This document shows positions 9,721 to 18,455 of a stretch of DNA of 64,000 nt, piece after piece. The notes below the pieces were generated by a model that was not told the DNA's origin, did no database searches, and saw nothing but the letters and a program-made list of their open reading frames with translations. The translations under genes and the position numbers were made by a program. This stretch comes from Candidatus Nanoarchaeia archaeon (lineage in GTDB: Archaea; Nanobdellota; Nanobdellia; Woesearchaeales; JACPBV01): contig JANQNH010000007.1 of the NCBI GenBank assembly GCA_028279655.1, positions 35,338 to 99,337 on the forward strand, given 5' to 3'. How positions within the stretch are numbered: the stretch's first letter is position 1; every line of letters begins with the position of its first letter.

Positions 9721-10797
9721 CTATATCTTCCCAATCTCTACCTTTCCTTTCTTTACCTTTATAACAAACTCTTCCTTATCATTAAGGTTAGCGATATCCG
9801 TAACTATCTTAGGCAACAGTACTCTTTCTCCTCTAAAATCAAGATTAGACAATATCTGCTGCTCCTTAGCGCCCTTATCGATAGCTATCTCCTTGATTAT
9901 ATCCCCTGCCCCCTTCTTTGTACCTTTATCAGTAAAATGTTTTGTCTTTTCAGAAAGGAACTTAGCCATCTTATCAGCAACATTTATTCCAGTAGCTAAG
10001 GTTACTCCCTGCAATCCAGGAGAAAGATTAAGCTCAACAACAACAGGCCCTTTAACGCTCTCCAGCATATCGACAGCACATATATCTGCGCCTATAACCT
10101 TAGCAGCATCAACAGCTATCTTCTTCATATGGGTGTCAGGCAAAAAAGCCTCTCCCTCTCCTCCGGAATGGATATTTGCTCTCTTCTCTCCAACAACTGC
10201 CTTTCGTTTCATAGCTGCAACAACCTTATCCCCAACAACAATCACCCTGATATCCTCTCCTCCTGTCTCTATATATTCCTGGATAAGGAACGGCTGTCTC
10301 AGTGACTCTAAAGCATCCATAAGTGAGGAAGCTGCTGCAAAACTCTCTGCATACATCACTCCCTTTCCGCCAGTTCCGGATGGAAACTTGAATATGATCG
10401 GATAATTCACCTTCTGCAGTATCTTCTTAGCAGCTGTTGGAGAAGATGTAAGATAGGTAGTTGGCATAGGGATCTTAGCCTGCTGCAAAAACAGGTGAGT
10501 CAGCAGCTTATCGTGTCCTACTGTAAAAGCCCCTGCCTTTATTGGCATATATGTAGAAGGATAGTATACCCCTGTGACTGCCCTTAGGGTCTGAGCGTAT
10601 CTGAAGCTCCCTTTAGCATATATGCAGTCGTAGGATTTCAAAGGTTTGCCATTGTAAAGAACGTCTGATTTCCCTGAAGAAAGATTAACCTCTATATTCT
10701 TAAGATCAACATTATCAACACTATCAAAATACTTCTTCATAGCTTCTATAGTCCATCTTGAGCTCTCAGAGCCCAAGGATATAACAGCTGCCTTCAT
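9721..10797 (-). CDS. rimK: RimK-family ATP-grasp alpha-L-glutamate ligase with about 80-aa C-terminal extension
   Basis: ATP-grasp blocks (PIIFKFPSGTGGKGV, FLIQEYI, ICAVDMLE..GPVVVELNLSPG); ATG at 10797 overlaps upstream stop (ATGA). Confidence 0.8.
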   Translation of the reverse strand: MKAAVISLGSESSRWTIEAMKKYFDSVDNVDLKNIEVNLSSGKSDVLYNGKPLKSYDCIYAKGSFRYAQTLRAVTGVYYPSTYMPIKAGAFTVGHDKLLTHLFLQQAKIPMPTTYLTSSPTAAKKILQKVNYPIIFKFPSGTGGKGVMYAESFAAASSLMDALESLRQPFLIQEYIETGGEDIRVIVVGDKVVAAMKRKAVVGEKRANIHSGGEGEAFLPDTHMKKIAVDAAKVIGADICAVDMLESVKGPVVVELNLSPGLQGVTLATGINVADKMAKFLSEKTKHFTDKGTKKGAGDIIKEIAIDKGAKEQQILSNLDFRGERVLLPKIVTDIANLNDKEEFVIKVKKGKVEIGKI

Positions 10798-11153
10798 TTT
10801 TTTCTTGACGCATCGATAAGATATCCGTGCTTCAGGACATTCTGCCCTATAAGAACCCTGTACTTCATATGCCATCTATCTGCTAATGTAAACTCTTCCT
10901 TCATCTTCTTTCCCGCTAACCCCAAGTCTACCTCAACAACAGGCCTCATCTTGTTCCCAGAAGCAGATTTAACCAATTTTGACTTTACTATAGGCCCAAG
11001 CTTAAGCTGAGATGCAAGGTTGATATCCACAGAGCTTTTAGAAGCCCCTGTATCTATCTTCGCCATTATTGTCTTCTTTCCTGACTTACCAAATATAATT
11101 ACTGGTTCCACTAGACCAATAACTGTTTTTCCGTTTATCTTATCGTATTTCAT
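10794..11153 (-). CDS. retropepsin-like aspartic protease (DUF785, RimB-like)
   Basis: AKIDTGASKSSV active-site-like motif, LADRWHMKYRVLIGQNVL, size 119 aa; translationally coupled to rimK. Confidence 0.75.
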   Translation of the reverse strand: MKYDKINGKTVIGLVEPVIIFGKSGKKTIMAKIDTGASKSSVDINLASQLKLGPIVKSKLVKSASGNKMRPVVEVDLGLAGKKMKEEFTLADRWHMKYRVLIGQNVLKHGYLIDASRKK

Positions 11154-11292
11154 TAGTTTTTAGAATTCCTACTGATGTTTTTAAACTTTACGTTTCGAAT
11201 GTAGTGAGAAACGTGAATGATTAGAATCTTTTTTCTAAAACTTTACGTTTACTTTTAATCTTGTTCTCAGGTAGTATCCTTTCAATATAACA

Positions 11293-11309
11293 AAACATTT
11301 AAATATAAG
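11293..11309 (+). promoter_or_regulatory. BRE/TATA promoter AAACATTTAAATATAAG for vapBC-1
   Basis: Matches the recurring promoter consensus of this window, about 30 nt upstream of the ATG at 11340. Confidence 0.55.
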
Positions 11310-11319
11310 TTATATAACT
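11308..11319. promoter_or_regulatory. perfect 12-bp palindrome AGTTATATAACT between TATA and vapB-1 start (operator candidate)
   Basis: Read directly; the location is the one typically seen for antitoxin autoregulation. Confidence 0.4.
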
Positions 11320-11339
11320 ATAATTTATGGTGATATAAC

Positions 11340-11552
11340 ATGTCCACAACCGTTGCTTTAGATGAAAACACATTTGACTTACTAAAATATATGAAGAAAG
11401 AGACTGACAGTGTAACCTATAGTGAAACAATAAGAAAACTTATTTTAAAAGCTAAAAAACCAAAAGAAAGCTTTTTTGGAATAGCAAAAGGTATGCCTCC
11501 ATTCAAAAGAGAAGAGATTGACAGATTTGAAACAAAATGGAAGAAGAGATAA
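11340..11552 (+). CDS. vapB: VapB-type antitoxin (archaeal putative-antitoxin family, PF02697-like)
   Basis: 70 aa, N-terminal ...ALDENTFDLLKYMKKE..SYSETIRKLI; immediately upstream of and overlapping a PIN gene. Confidence 0.7.
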   Translation: MSTTVALDENTFDLLKYMKKETDSVTYSETIRKLILKAKKPKESFFGIAKGMPPFKREEIDRFETKWKKR

Positions 11553-11938
11553 GGGAAAACCAACCGCTCTTAGTTGACTCTTGTGTTTGGATAGAGTTAA
11601 TAAGGGGAAGCAAAATAGGAAAAACATTAAAAAAATATATTGATGGAGATTATGATATTCTGATTAGTTCCATAACCATCACAGAAGTCTATCATTACAC
11701 ACTAAAGTATGAGGGTGAAACCTTAGCAAAAAGATTCCTTAACTTTATGATACAAAGGTCTTTCACCATACCGGTAATAAAAGATATAGCGATAAAAGCA
11801 GCTGAAATAAAAACAGAAAAAAAGTGGGGTATTGGCGATTCAATAATATATGCAACATGCTTAGCAAGAGAAGCTAAAATATTAACTTGTGATTCTGATT
11901 TTCGTAATGAAGAAAGAGCAATATACTTAAAAAAATAA
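11537..11938 (+). CDS. vapC: PIN-domain toxin
   Basis: 133 aa, LLVDSCVWIE (first acidic residue), ...IGDSIIYATC..., LTCDSDF; 16-nt overlap with antitoxin. Confidence 0.8.
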   Translation: MEEEIRENQPLLVDSCVWIELIRGSKIGKTLKKYIDGDYDILISSITITEVYHYTLKYEGETLAKRFLNFMIQRSFTIPVIKDIAIKAAEIKTEKKWGIGDSIIYATCLAREAKILTCDSDFRNEERAIYLKK

Positions 11939-11939
11939 T

Positions 11940-12953
11940 CTAGGCAAATCTTTCCTTAACCATCAGTTCCCCTATCTGCACTGCATTCAAGGCAGCGCCT
12001 TTTAATATCTGGTCACCACACACAAAGAACTCCAGCCCATTCTCACCAAATACAAGATTCTGCCTAATCCTACCTACCTCAACATCATACTTCTTAGTAG
12101 CAGTCAAAGGCATAGGGTACACATTATTCTCAATATCATCCTTGACCTCAATTCCAGCAGTTTCCCCAAACAACTTTCGAACCTCACCCGGATCAATAGG
12201 CTTCTCTGTCTCAACAACTATCGATTCAGAATGGACCCTCATAGTCGGTATCCTGACACATGTGCAGGAGATCCTAGGCTTTTCATCAGAAAATATCTTA
12301 TGTGTCTCCCAGACTACCTTCATCTCTTCCTTAGTATAATCATTCTCCTGAAACTTATCGATATGCGGAATAACATTAAAAGGTATAGGATAGGCAAATA
12401 TCTTGTTTCCTGCTTCTCCACCATCAAGCACCTTCTTCGTCTCTGCTTCCAGTTCATCCATGCCCCCGTTACCAGCACCGCTCGTACTTTGATATGTTGA
12501 TATTATCACCTTCTTAAGACCATAATTCTGATGGATAATCCATAAAGGGATAGCAGCAATAGCAGTTGTACAGTTTGGGTTAGCTATCAGCTTTGAATCA
12601 CCGATAGCATCTGGATTGATCTCAGGTATAACCAAAGGAACATTATCATCATACCTAAATGTAGAAGAATTATCAATGACGATACAGCCAGCTTCAGTAG
12701 CCTTTGGAGCATTCTCTTTAGGCCATCCTCCACCTATAGCAAAAAAAGCCATATCCAATTGAGAAAAATCAGCACCATCTGCTAGTTCAACTGTCTTAAC
12801 ACCCATTGGTGTTTCTATCTCCTTCCCAACACTCCTCTCAGAAGCATACAGCCTTAACTCGCCGATAGGGAACTTCCTATCAAAAAGAACCTTCAGAAGC
12901 TCCTTTCCAACCATCCCTGTTGCTCCGAATATTCCAACTCTTAGATTTTTCAT
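11940..12953 (-). CDS. asd: aspartate-semialdehyde dehydrogenase
   Basis: GIFGATGMVG Rossmann N-terminus, IANPNCTT active-site Cys block, 337 aa. Confidence 0.92.
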   Translation of the reverse strand: MKNLRVGIFGATGMVGKELLKVLFDRKFPIGELRLYASERSVGKEIETPMGVKTVELADGADFSQLDMAFFAIGGGWPKENAPKATEAGCIVIDNSSTFRYDDNVPLVIPEINPDAIGDSKLIANPNCTTAIAAIPLWIIHQNYGLKKVIISTYQSTSGAGNGGMDELEAETKKVLDGGEAGNKIFAYPIPFNVIPHIDKFQENDYTKEEMKVVWETHKIFSDEKPRISCTCVRIPTMRVHSESIVVETEKPIDPGEVRKLFGETAGIEVKDDIENNVYPMPLTATKKYDVEVGRIRQNLVFGENGLEFFVCGDQILKGAALNAVQIGELMVKERFA

Positions 12954-12977
12954 AAAAAAGAAGAAAAAAAGGTTATT

Positions 12978-12990
12978 TATAAAGATTATG
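12978..12990 (-). promoter_or_regulatory. BRE/TATA promoter (minus strand CATAATCTTTATA) of asd
   Basis: 13-mer identical at 37958-37970 (lysK) and 48866-48878 (gdhA); about 25 nt upstream of ATG, suggesting a leaderless mRNA. Confidence 0.55.
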
Positions 12991-13009
12991 TTAGGATGGT
13001 AACAGATTA

Positions 13010-14191
13010 TTATCTTGCTATGGCAGTATCGATTGCTTGATATAATCCCTCGGGAGTTTTTAGGTCTGCATTTGGTCTTCCCTGTGTAAGGAATTTAAAC
13101 AATCCACCAAAGTTATATTGCCTAAATCCTTCTGTCCTCCTTCCAGAGATATAAAGTCTTGCAGTTAGATTAGCCATCTGGACCGCTTGCTCTACATCAA
13201 GTTTTCCTGACTTATAATCATCAAGCCTATTTAATATGTAAGAATTCAGACCTGCTCTCCAAGAATCCCCTGCACCTGTAGTATCAAAGAACTTCCCTTC
13301 CTCTTTTGATGTATGGAACCAGTTATCAACCTCAATTTCCTTTGTTCCGTCACCAGGGTGATAATAAAGAAGAGACGTCTTTTCAGGGGAAGTAATCGCA
13401 TATAATCTAGCCTCGTCTCCTTTACAGAAATTGTTTTCCAAATAAGTTAAAAATGCCTTTTTGTTATTCCCAGCTGTAGGCAGATTATATTGAGGTACTA
13501 TCAAATTAACCTCATCATCAGAACAGACAAACATATCAGCAACTTCCAAAGAAGGTTTAAGACATTCGTACCTTTGGGGCTCAGCAGCATAGGTATGGGT
13601 GTCAACCATCACTAAAGATTCTAGGTTCTCTTTAATCCAACTGATTCCCTCGGCCAACCTTCTGCCTCCATCAAGATCAGCTCCTTCCTCAAACAATCCA
13701 GAATAACTTATCTGAACTATCTTAGGATTTGCTATCACTAACCTATCTTTAACATCATTCGCAAAGTCAAAATGCTTGCCAGCATCCTCACAAAAGGTTA
13801 TTGGAGCCCTATTTCCAGTTTCATCCTGAGGTATAAAAGAAACATCCGACCTATACCTATCATCAGTAATCAATCCGGAGATATTCACTCCATACCCACT
13901 TATCCCCCCTGCAAAAAATCCACCCTCAATATCATTCCCAATAATCCCTACAAGACCTGTCTTAATACCAAGCGCTGCAGCAGGAAGCACAACATTCCCT
14001 CCTCCGCCATATTCTACTGATTGTAGTTGTGATGCAACGAGTGAGGGTCTTTTAGAAATAAACTCTTCCGGTGGAACTGCTAAATGTCCCTCTTCTATCT
14101 GCAATCCAGGTATTATAACAGGTTCCTTAACATCACATACCATAACAGCTGCACTAAGAAGATCTACTTGATTATCATCATTTAATCTCAA
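13010..14191 (-). CDS. PfkB/ribokinase-family carbohydrate kinase
   Basis: C-terminal DTTGAGDSWRAG signature; TTG start in ORF track, in-frame open sequence upstream to 14290. Confidence 0.7.
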   Translation of the reverse strand: MRLNDDNQVDLLSAAVMVCDVKEPVIIPGLQIEEGHLAVPPEEFISKRPSLVASQLQSVEYGGGGNVVLPAAALGIKTGLVGIIGNDIEGGFFAGGISGYGVNISGLITDDRYRSDVSFIPQDETGNRAPITFCEDAGKHFDFANDVKDRLVIANPKIVQISYSGLFEEGADLDGGRRLAEGISWIKENLESLVMVDTHTYAAEPQRYECLKPSLEVADMFVCSDDEVNLIVPQYNLPTAGNNKKAFLTYLENNFCKGDEARLYAITSPEKTSLLYYHPGDGTKEIEVDNWFHTSKEEGKFFDTTGAGDSWRAGLNSYILNRLDDYKSGKLDVEQAVQMANLTARLYISGRRTEGFRQYNFGGLFKFLTQGRPNADLKTPEGLYQAIDTAIAR

Positions 14192-14302
14192 ATATTCTAG
14201 GGCTTTTGCAGCAGTATTATATTTACCTGGATTAATTTTTTGTAGTGCTTTTGCTCTCTTGAAATCAGATGATGATATTTCGATTCACCTTTGGTAGTCT
14301 TA

Positions 14303-15562
14303 TTATGCCTTTCTCGAAGCAGTTACAGCTCCTGTCGTTAAGTAATATTTTGTCAAAAGCCTACTCATCTCCAGGCTTCTTGGATATGGATCTTGTCCTG
14401 CCAGATACCTAAAGGCTTGATTCGAAACCTGCTCAAAATGTTCGAAATGATTAGGCCCTTTTGGAAGCACAAGTTTGAATCTACCATCCTCTTTTTCATA
14501 ATTAATACTCTGGTCATCAAACTTCTTCCTTAGCTTAACAACATGTTCCTTCAAAGCTTCCTCAGTTTGCTCTGCATCTCCTCTAGGGGTAATATAAACA
14601 TGCTGTCTATCATCATCAGAACCTTTTACTACGTCTATTATAACCTTCTTTCCCCTAATTACCGAGTAATGCTCATCATCTTTTCCACTAAGAGCCCAAT
14701 CGACCTTTATACCAACATTAACTCCATTTACCTGATAGACAAATTCCCCATTGCAGTATACATCACCAGGTGTTTTCTCTGCAGTTTTTGTTATGGCCTC
14801 AAAATTAGACTGAGGTACATTAGTAGCCCATCTCCTGCATTTATCTTCAATCAATCTGACATTATCAGGATAAACTGGTCTATCCTGCATGACTAGCAAG
14901 TTTGCCATGTCAGCTAGGTGGGCAGTAACATCAGCATTCCCTTCTCCCTGCCAAGCAACATCAAAATAATCAGGTCTTCTTTCAACACCTAAGTGAGATT
15001 TATCAAGGATATGAACACTTCTTTTAGTGATTGCAGGATTATCAGGAGTATTGTCATCCAACCCACCAAATAGATCATCATTTTGCATTATTAGGCCCTG
15101 CATTATCGTACCCAATTCATATCTCTCTGTCATTATGTCATGAATTATTGTTCCTTTTTGTTCTGCCTTTTCAATAACCTTTTCTAAGGTTCCCATCCTA
15201 TCTTTTTCAATAACCCATGGCTTATCACAGATGATCATTTCATAACCAGCTTCAATGGCTTTATCTATCACATCTATCTTATCTACATTAGGGCAGGCCA
15301 GAACGAGCACATTCCCTCGTTTCTGTTTAAGCATCTCTTCCAAGGCATCTTCACTGCCTTTATAATCGAGGTTATATCCAGTATCCACCCTCCCTGCCTT
15401 TATCTGGCCTCTAAACTCACGAAGGTGGTTATCAGGAGTATACCAAACAGTAACATCCCTATCAATCTCAAGTCCTTCTATATCCGAATACATAGACTGC
15501 AAAGGCAGTGCCCCATGAAAATGTACTGGTTGGAAAACATCTATCTTAGCTTTTTTAACCAT
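14303..15562 (-). CDS. Gfo/Idh/MocA-related oxidoreductase of the GHFH type (putative-oxidoreductase C-terminal domain family)
   Basis: N-terminal FQPVHFHGALP in place of GxGxxG, ICDKPW motif, long C-terminal domain. Confidence 0.55.
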   Translation of the reverse strand: MVKKAKIDVFQPVHFHGALPLQSMYSDIEGLEIDRDVTVWYTPDNHLREFRGQIKAGRVDTGYNLDYKGSEDALEEMLKQKRGNVLVLACPNVDKIDVIDKAIEAGYEMIICDKPWVIEKDRMGTLEKVIEKAEQKGTIIHDIMTERYELGTIMQGLIMQNDDLFGGLDDNTPDNPAITKRSVHILDKSHLGVERRPDYFDVAWQGEGNADVTAHLADMANLLVMQDRPVYPDNVRLIEDKCRRWATNVPQSNFEAITKTAEKTPGDVYCNGEFVYQVNGVNVGIKVDWALSGKDDEHYSVIRGKKVIIDVVKGSDDDRQHVYITPRGDAEQTEEALKEHVVKLRKKFDDQSINYEKEDGRFKLVLPKGPNHFEHFEQVSNQAFRYLAGQDPYPRSLEMSRLLTKYYLTTGAVTASRKA

Positions 15563-15606
15563 TTTTTATCCCTCCTAATCATATTGTCTAGTTTTAAAAT
15601 TAAAAA

Positions 15607-17136
15607 CTAACTCTTATGCATCTGATCGTACATCGCAATCTTGCTATTTAGCATCGGTAACCATCTTTGGGTGTAAATTTGTTGATAGATCTGTGGTAAA
15701 ACGCCTAAATCATCTGGTCTGTAGATCTCTTTTGATTCAAGTCCTCTATGTGAGTCATCCATAGGGATCAATCCTGCACCAACAGCTGCTCCTCTTGCAG
15801 CACCTTCTGCACCATCAGTATTAAACAATTCAAGCGAAGCACCATTAACAGCTGAGAATATTTTACAGAAATCCTCGCTCTTAAACAAATTCGCATAGCA
15901 AGCACGGATTTGAGAAGGATCAACACCACATTCTTTGGACATAATATCTATACCATATTTCATAGCATAGGCAATCCCTTCCATAGAAGCTCTTAAATGA
16001 TGACCAGCTTTTTGGGTATTGAAAGATCCCCCTTCCATACTCCATCCAAGGTCACGCCCTTCAAGAGTTCGTTCTGCACCGTTTCCAAAAGGAAACATCA
16101 ACAAACCATCACTGCCAGGATCAACCTTGCTTACAAGGTCATTCATATGTTCATAATCAAATCTTGAATCTGCTATAAAATTATCCTTTAACCATTCATA
16201 GAGAATAGCTGCACCATCCAAACATGAAAGTACCCCATATCTTGGATCACTAGCCGTATGGTTACCATGACGAAAGATATTAACACGGGATTTAAGATCA
16301 TACTTCGCTTTATCTGAGATGCCATAGGTAACTCCTGATGTTCCAGCGTTTGTCCCAACCATGCCTGGAGAATTAACACCTAATGCCCAGGCATTATTGG
16401 GTTGGTCTCCATGTCTATAAGAGATAAGTGTACCCTCATTTAAACCAAGTTCTCCAGCAGCACCCTTAGATATAGTGGCTTGTTCACCAAACGTTGGTAC
16501 AATCTCAGGGATTAATTTTTCATCAAAATCGAAATACTTCATCACCATTTGAGCTAAACAATCATCCTGATGGTTCCAAAGCATACCTTCTGAAAGTCCT
16601 GACTTAGTAGTCTGAGCTTTCCCACTCATCCTCATAGCAAGCCAGTCACCTGGAAGCATAATATGCTTAATTGTAGCATATAATTCTGGTTCGTTATCCT
16701 TAACCCACCTAAGTTTTGCCGCTGTAAAATTACCGACTTGATTGAAAAGATTTTCGAGACATTTCTGTTCACCGATCTCGCTTGTAGCTAATTTCCCTAT
16801 ATCTATAGCACGATCATCACACCAAATGATTGATGGTCGAACAACCTTCTGGTCTTTATCAACAGCGACAAGACCATGCATCTGATACCCAATACCCACT
16901 GCTTTAACGTCATCAGCATTGTATTGTGTTTCTGCTTGGAGTTGCTTGGTAGCCGCCACAACATTACTCCACCACATATCGGTATCCTGTTCTGCCCATC
17001 CCTTCTGAACTACAATTATATCCTGTTTTTGTTTAGGAACTTGTACTGAATCAACCACTTTCCCAGTATCAGCATCAAAAAGGGTTGCTTTGATAAATTG
17101 AGTTCCTAAATCATATCCTATCGTAAGGTTTGCCAT
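15607..17136 (-). CDS. xylB: FGGY-family sugar kinase, probable xylulokinase
   Basis: N-terminal IGYDLGTQFIKATLFD...GWAEQDTDMWW, 509 aa, in the xylA cluster. Confidence 0.8.
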   Translation of the reverse strand: MANLTIGYDLGTQFIKATLFDADTGKVVDSVQVPKQKQDIIVVQKGWAEQDTDMWWSNVVAATKQLQAETQYNADDVKAVGIGYQMHGLVAVDKDQKVVRPSIIWCDDRAIDIGKLATSEIGEQKCLENLFNQVGNFTAAKLRWVKDNEPELYATIKHIMLPGDWLAMRMSGKAQTTKSGLSEGMLWNHQDDCLAQMVMKYFDFDEKLIPEIVPTFGEQATISKGAAGELGLNEGTLISYRHGDQPNNAWALGVNSPGMVGTNAGTSGVTYGISDKAKYDLKSRVNIFRHGNHTASDPRYGVLSCLDGAAILYEWLKDNFIADSRFDYEHMNDLVSKVDPGSDGLLMFPFGNGAERTLEGRDLGWSMEGGSFNTQKAGHHLRASMEGIAYAMKYGIDIMSKECGVDPSQIRACYANLFKSEDFCKIFSAVNGASLELFNTDGAEGAARGAAVGAGLIPMDDSHRGLESKEIYRPDDLGVLPQIYQQIYTQRWLPMLNSKIAMYDQMHKS

Positions 17137-17169
17137 CTTTCAATCACCCTCCAATTATTTCACAATATA

Positions 17170-18396
17170 TTAACTTGCTCTTTTCATATAAGCGCTGTGT
17201 AACGGTTCATCACCGATTCTAATGATCTTAGTCGTATCCTCCCCTCTTATCTTGTCAATTAAATCTAGCTTTTCTTGAACTTCAGCTTTATTCATCATAA
17301 ATCCTACCTTTACCCTATATGTTTTATCTTCTCCTGCTTCTAATCTGCTTAAAACTTTATGCTCTTCTGCCCAATTCCTGCCATTAAACGTACTTCCCGG
17401 TTCAATACCTAAGACTCCTGCCTGAGTATTTTTCCATATATGTAAACAACGCTGTTCTTCAAAGAAGTCATTAAGATTATATTGAACATATATACCTGAT
17501 TCCCTATCCTCAGCAACCTTAGCAACGATTACAGTCCCATCTTCAAGACCTTCAATCCCATCTGAACCCTTGACATTAGTGATATAACATCTTTCTGCAA
17601 GCTCATCACCAATGCCTGTCATCTTACCCCAGTTTTCAATATCAACTTCAGCATCCTTATCACGCGCATACAATTTGGTTATTGGAGCATGCAACTCATC
17701 CCCCTCTCCAATATTAAAATTAGGATGATATAACCACATATAACCAGAATCCCTGTTTGCCTTCAAGGTATCTATAACAGTAAAACCATATTCCCCTGCC
17801 TTTGATTCAACTGTTCTATGAACATCAATATCATACGGCAGCACCATATTACGCTGAGGTATAACTCCACTTACCCTATAAAACAGATCATCCTCTGTCT
17901 GTTCAATGCCTGTCTTCCAAAGGTCATCCTTTTTCCAAATAGCCTCTCTTTGAATTGAATCCGCATTAGGTGAAGTTTGTGAGAACTTTCCATGTAATGG
18001 AAATAATGGTATATGTGTATGATTCTGAGGTTGATTCTTTCCAGCATCGGTTTCAGCAACTGTCAACAGATTTGCACCTGTATTGGAGACCCCTGCTGTA
18101 AAGAAACCCTGGATACTTGCCAAAACACCCTCAACTGAACCCCCATCATATTCTTCTATTGTTTTTGGACCCATAGGATTTTCCCACATCCCTGGTTCTC
18201 CATTTAATCTAACAACCATAGGCTCCAATGCTCTTTCCAAAGAAATCTGAACATCCAAATCCTTAGCAGGAGTCATCACATAAGAAGCCTGATTATAAAA
18301 TCCACCCTGGCTGACTATCACATCATCCCTGACACCAATAGCATTGATTGCTTCAAACTCAGGTCTAGTAAATTGTTTTCCATTTATTTCTGGCAT
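17170..18396 (-). CDS. DUF4432-like (galactose-mutarotase-fold) protein
   Basis: 408 aa; FFTAGVSNTG...PLHGKFSQTSPN resembles aldose-epimerase-like family; placed between xylA and xylB with GGAGGGTGA SD. Confidence 0.45.
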   Translation of the reverse strand: MPEINGKQFTRPEFEAINAIGVRDDVIVSQGGFYNQASYVMTPAKDLDVQISLERALEPMVVRLNGEPGMWENPMGPKTIEEYDGGSVEGVLASIQGFFTAGVSNTGANLLTVAETDAGKNQPQNHTHIPLFPLHGKFSQTSPNADSIQREAIWKKDDLWKTGIEQTEDDLFYRVSGVIPQRNMVLPYDIDVHRTVESKAGEYGFTVIDTLKANRDSGYMWLYHPNFNIGEGDELHAPITKLYARDKDAEVDIENWGKMTGIGDELAERCYITNVKGSDGIEGLEDGTVIVAKVAEDRESGIYVQYNLNDFFEEQRCLHIWKNTQAGVLGIEPGSTFNGRNWAEEHKVLSRLEAGEDKTYRVKVGFMMNKAEVQEKLDLIDKIRGEDTTKIIRIGDEPLHSAYMKRAS

Positions 18397-18455
18397 TTTA
18401 GTTACCTCATCAATTGTATTTAAACACCTAACATTAAAAAACTAAAAATGGAAGA

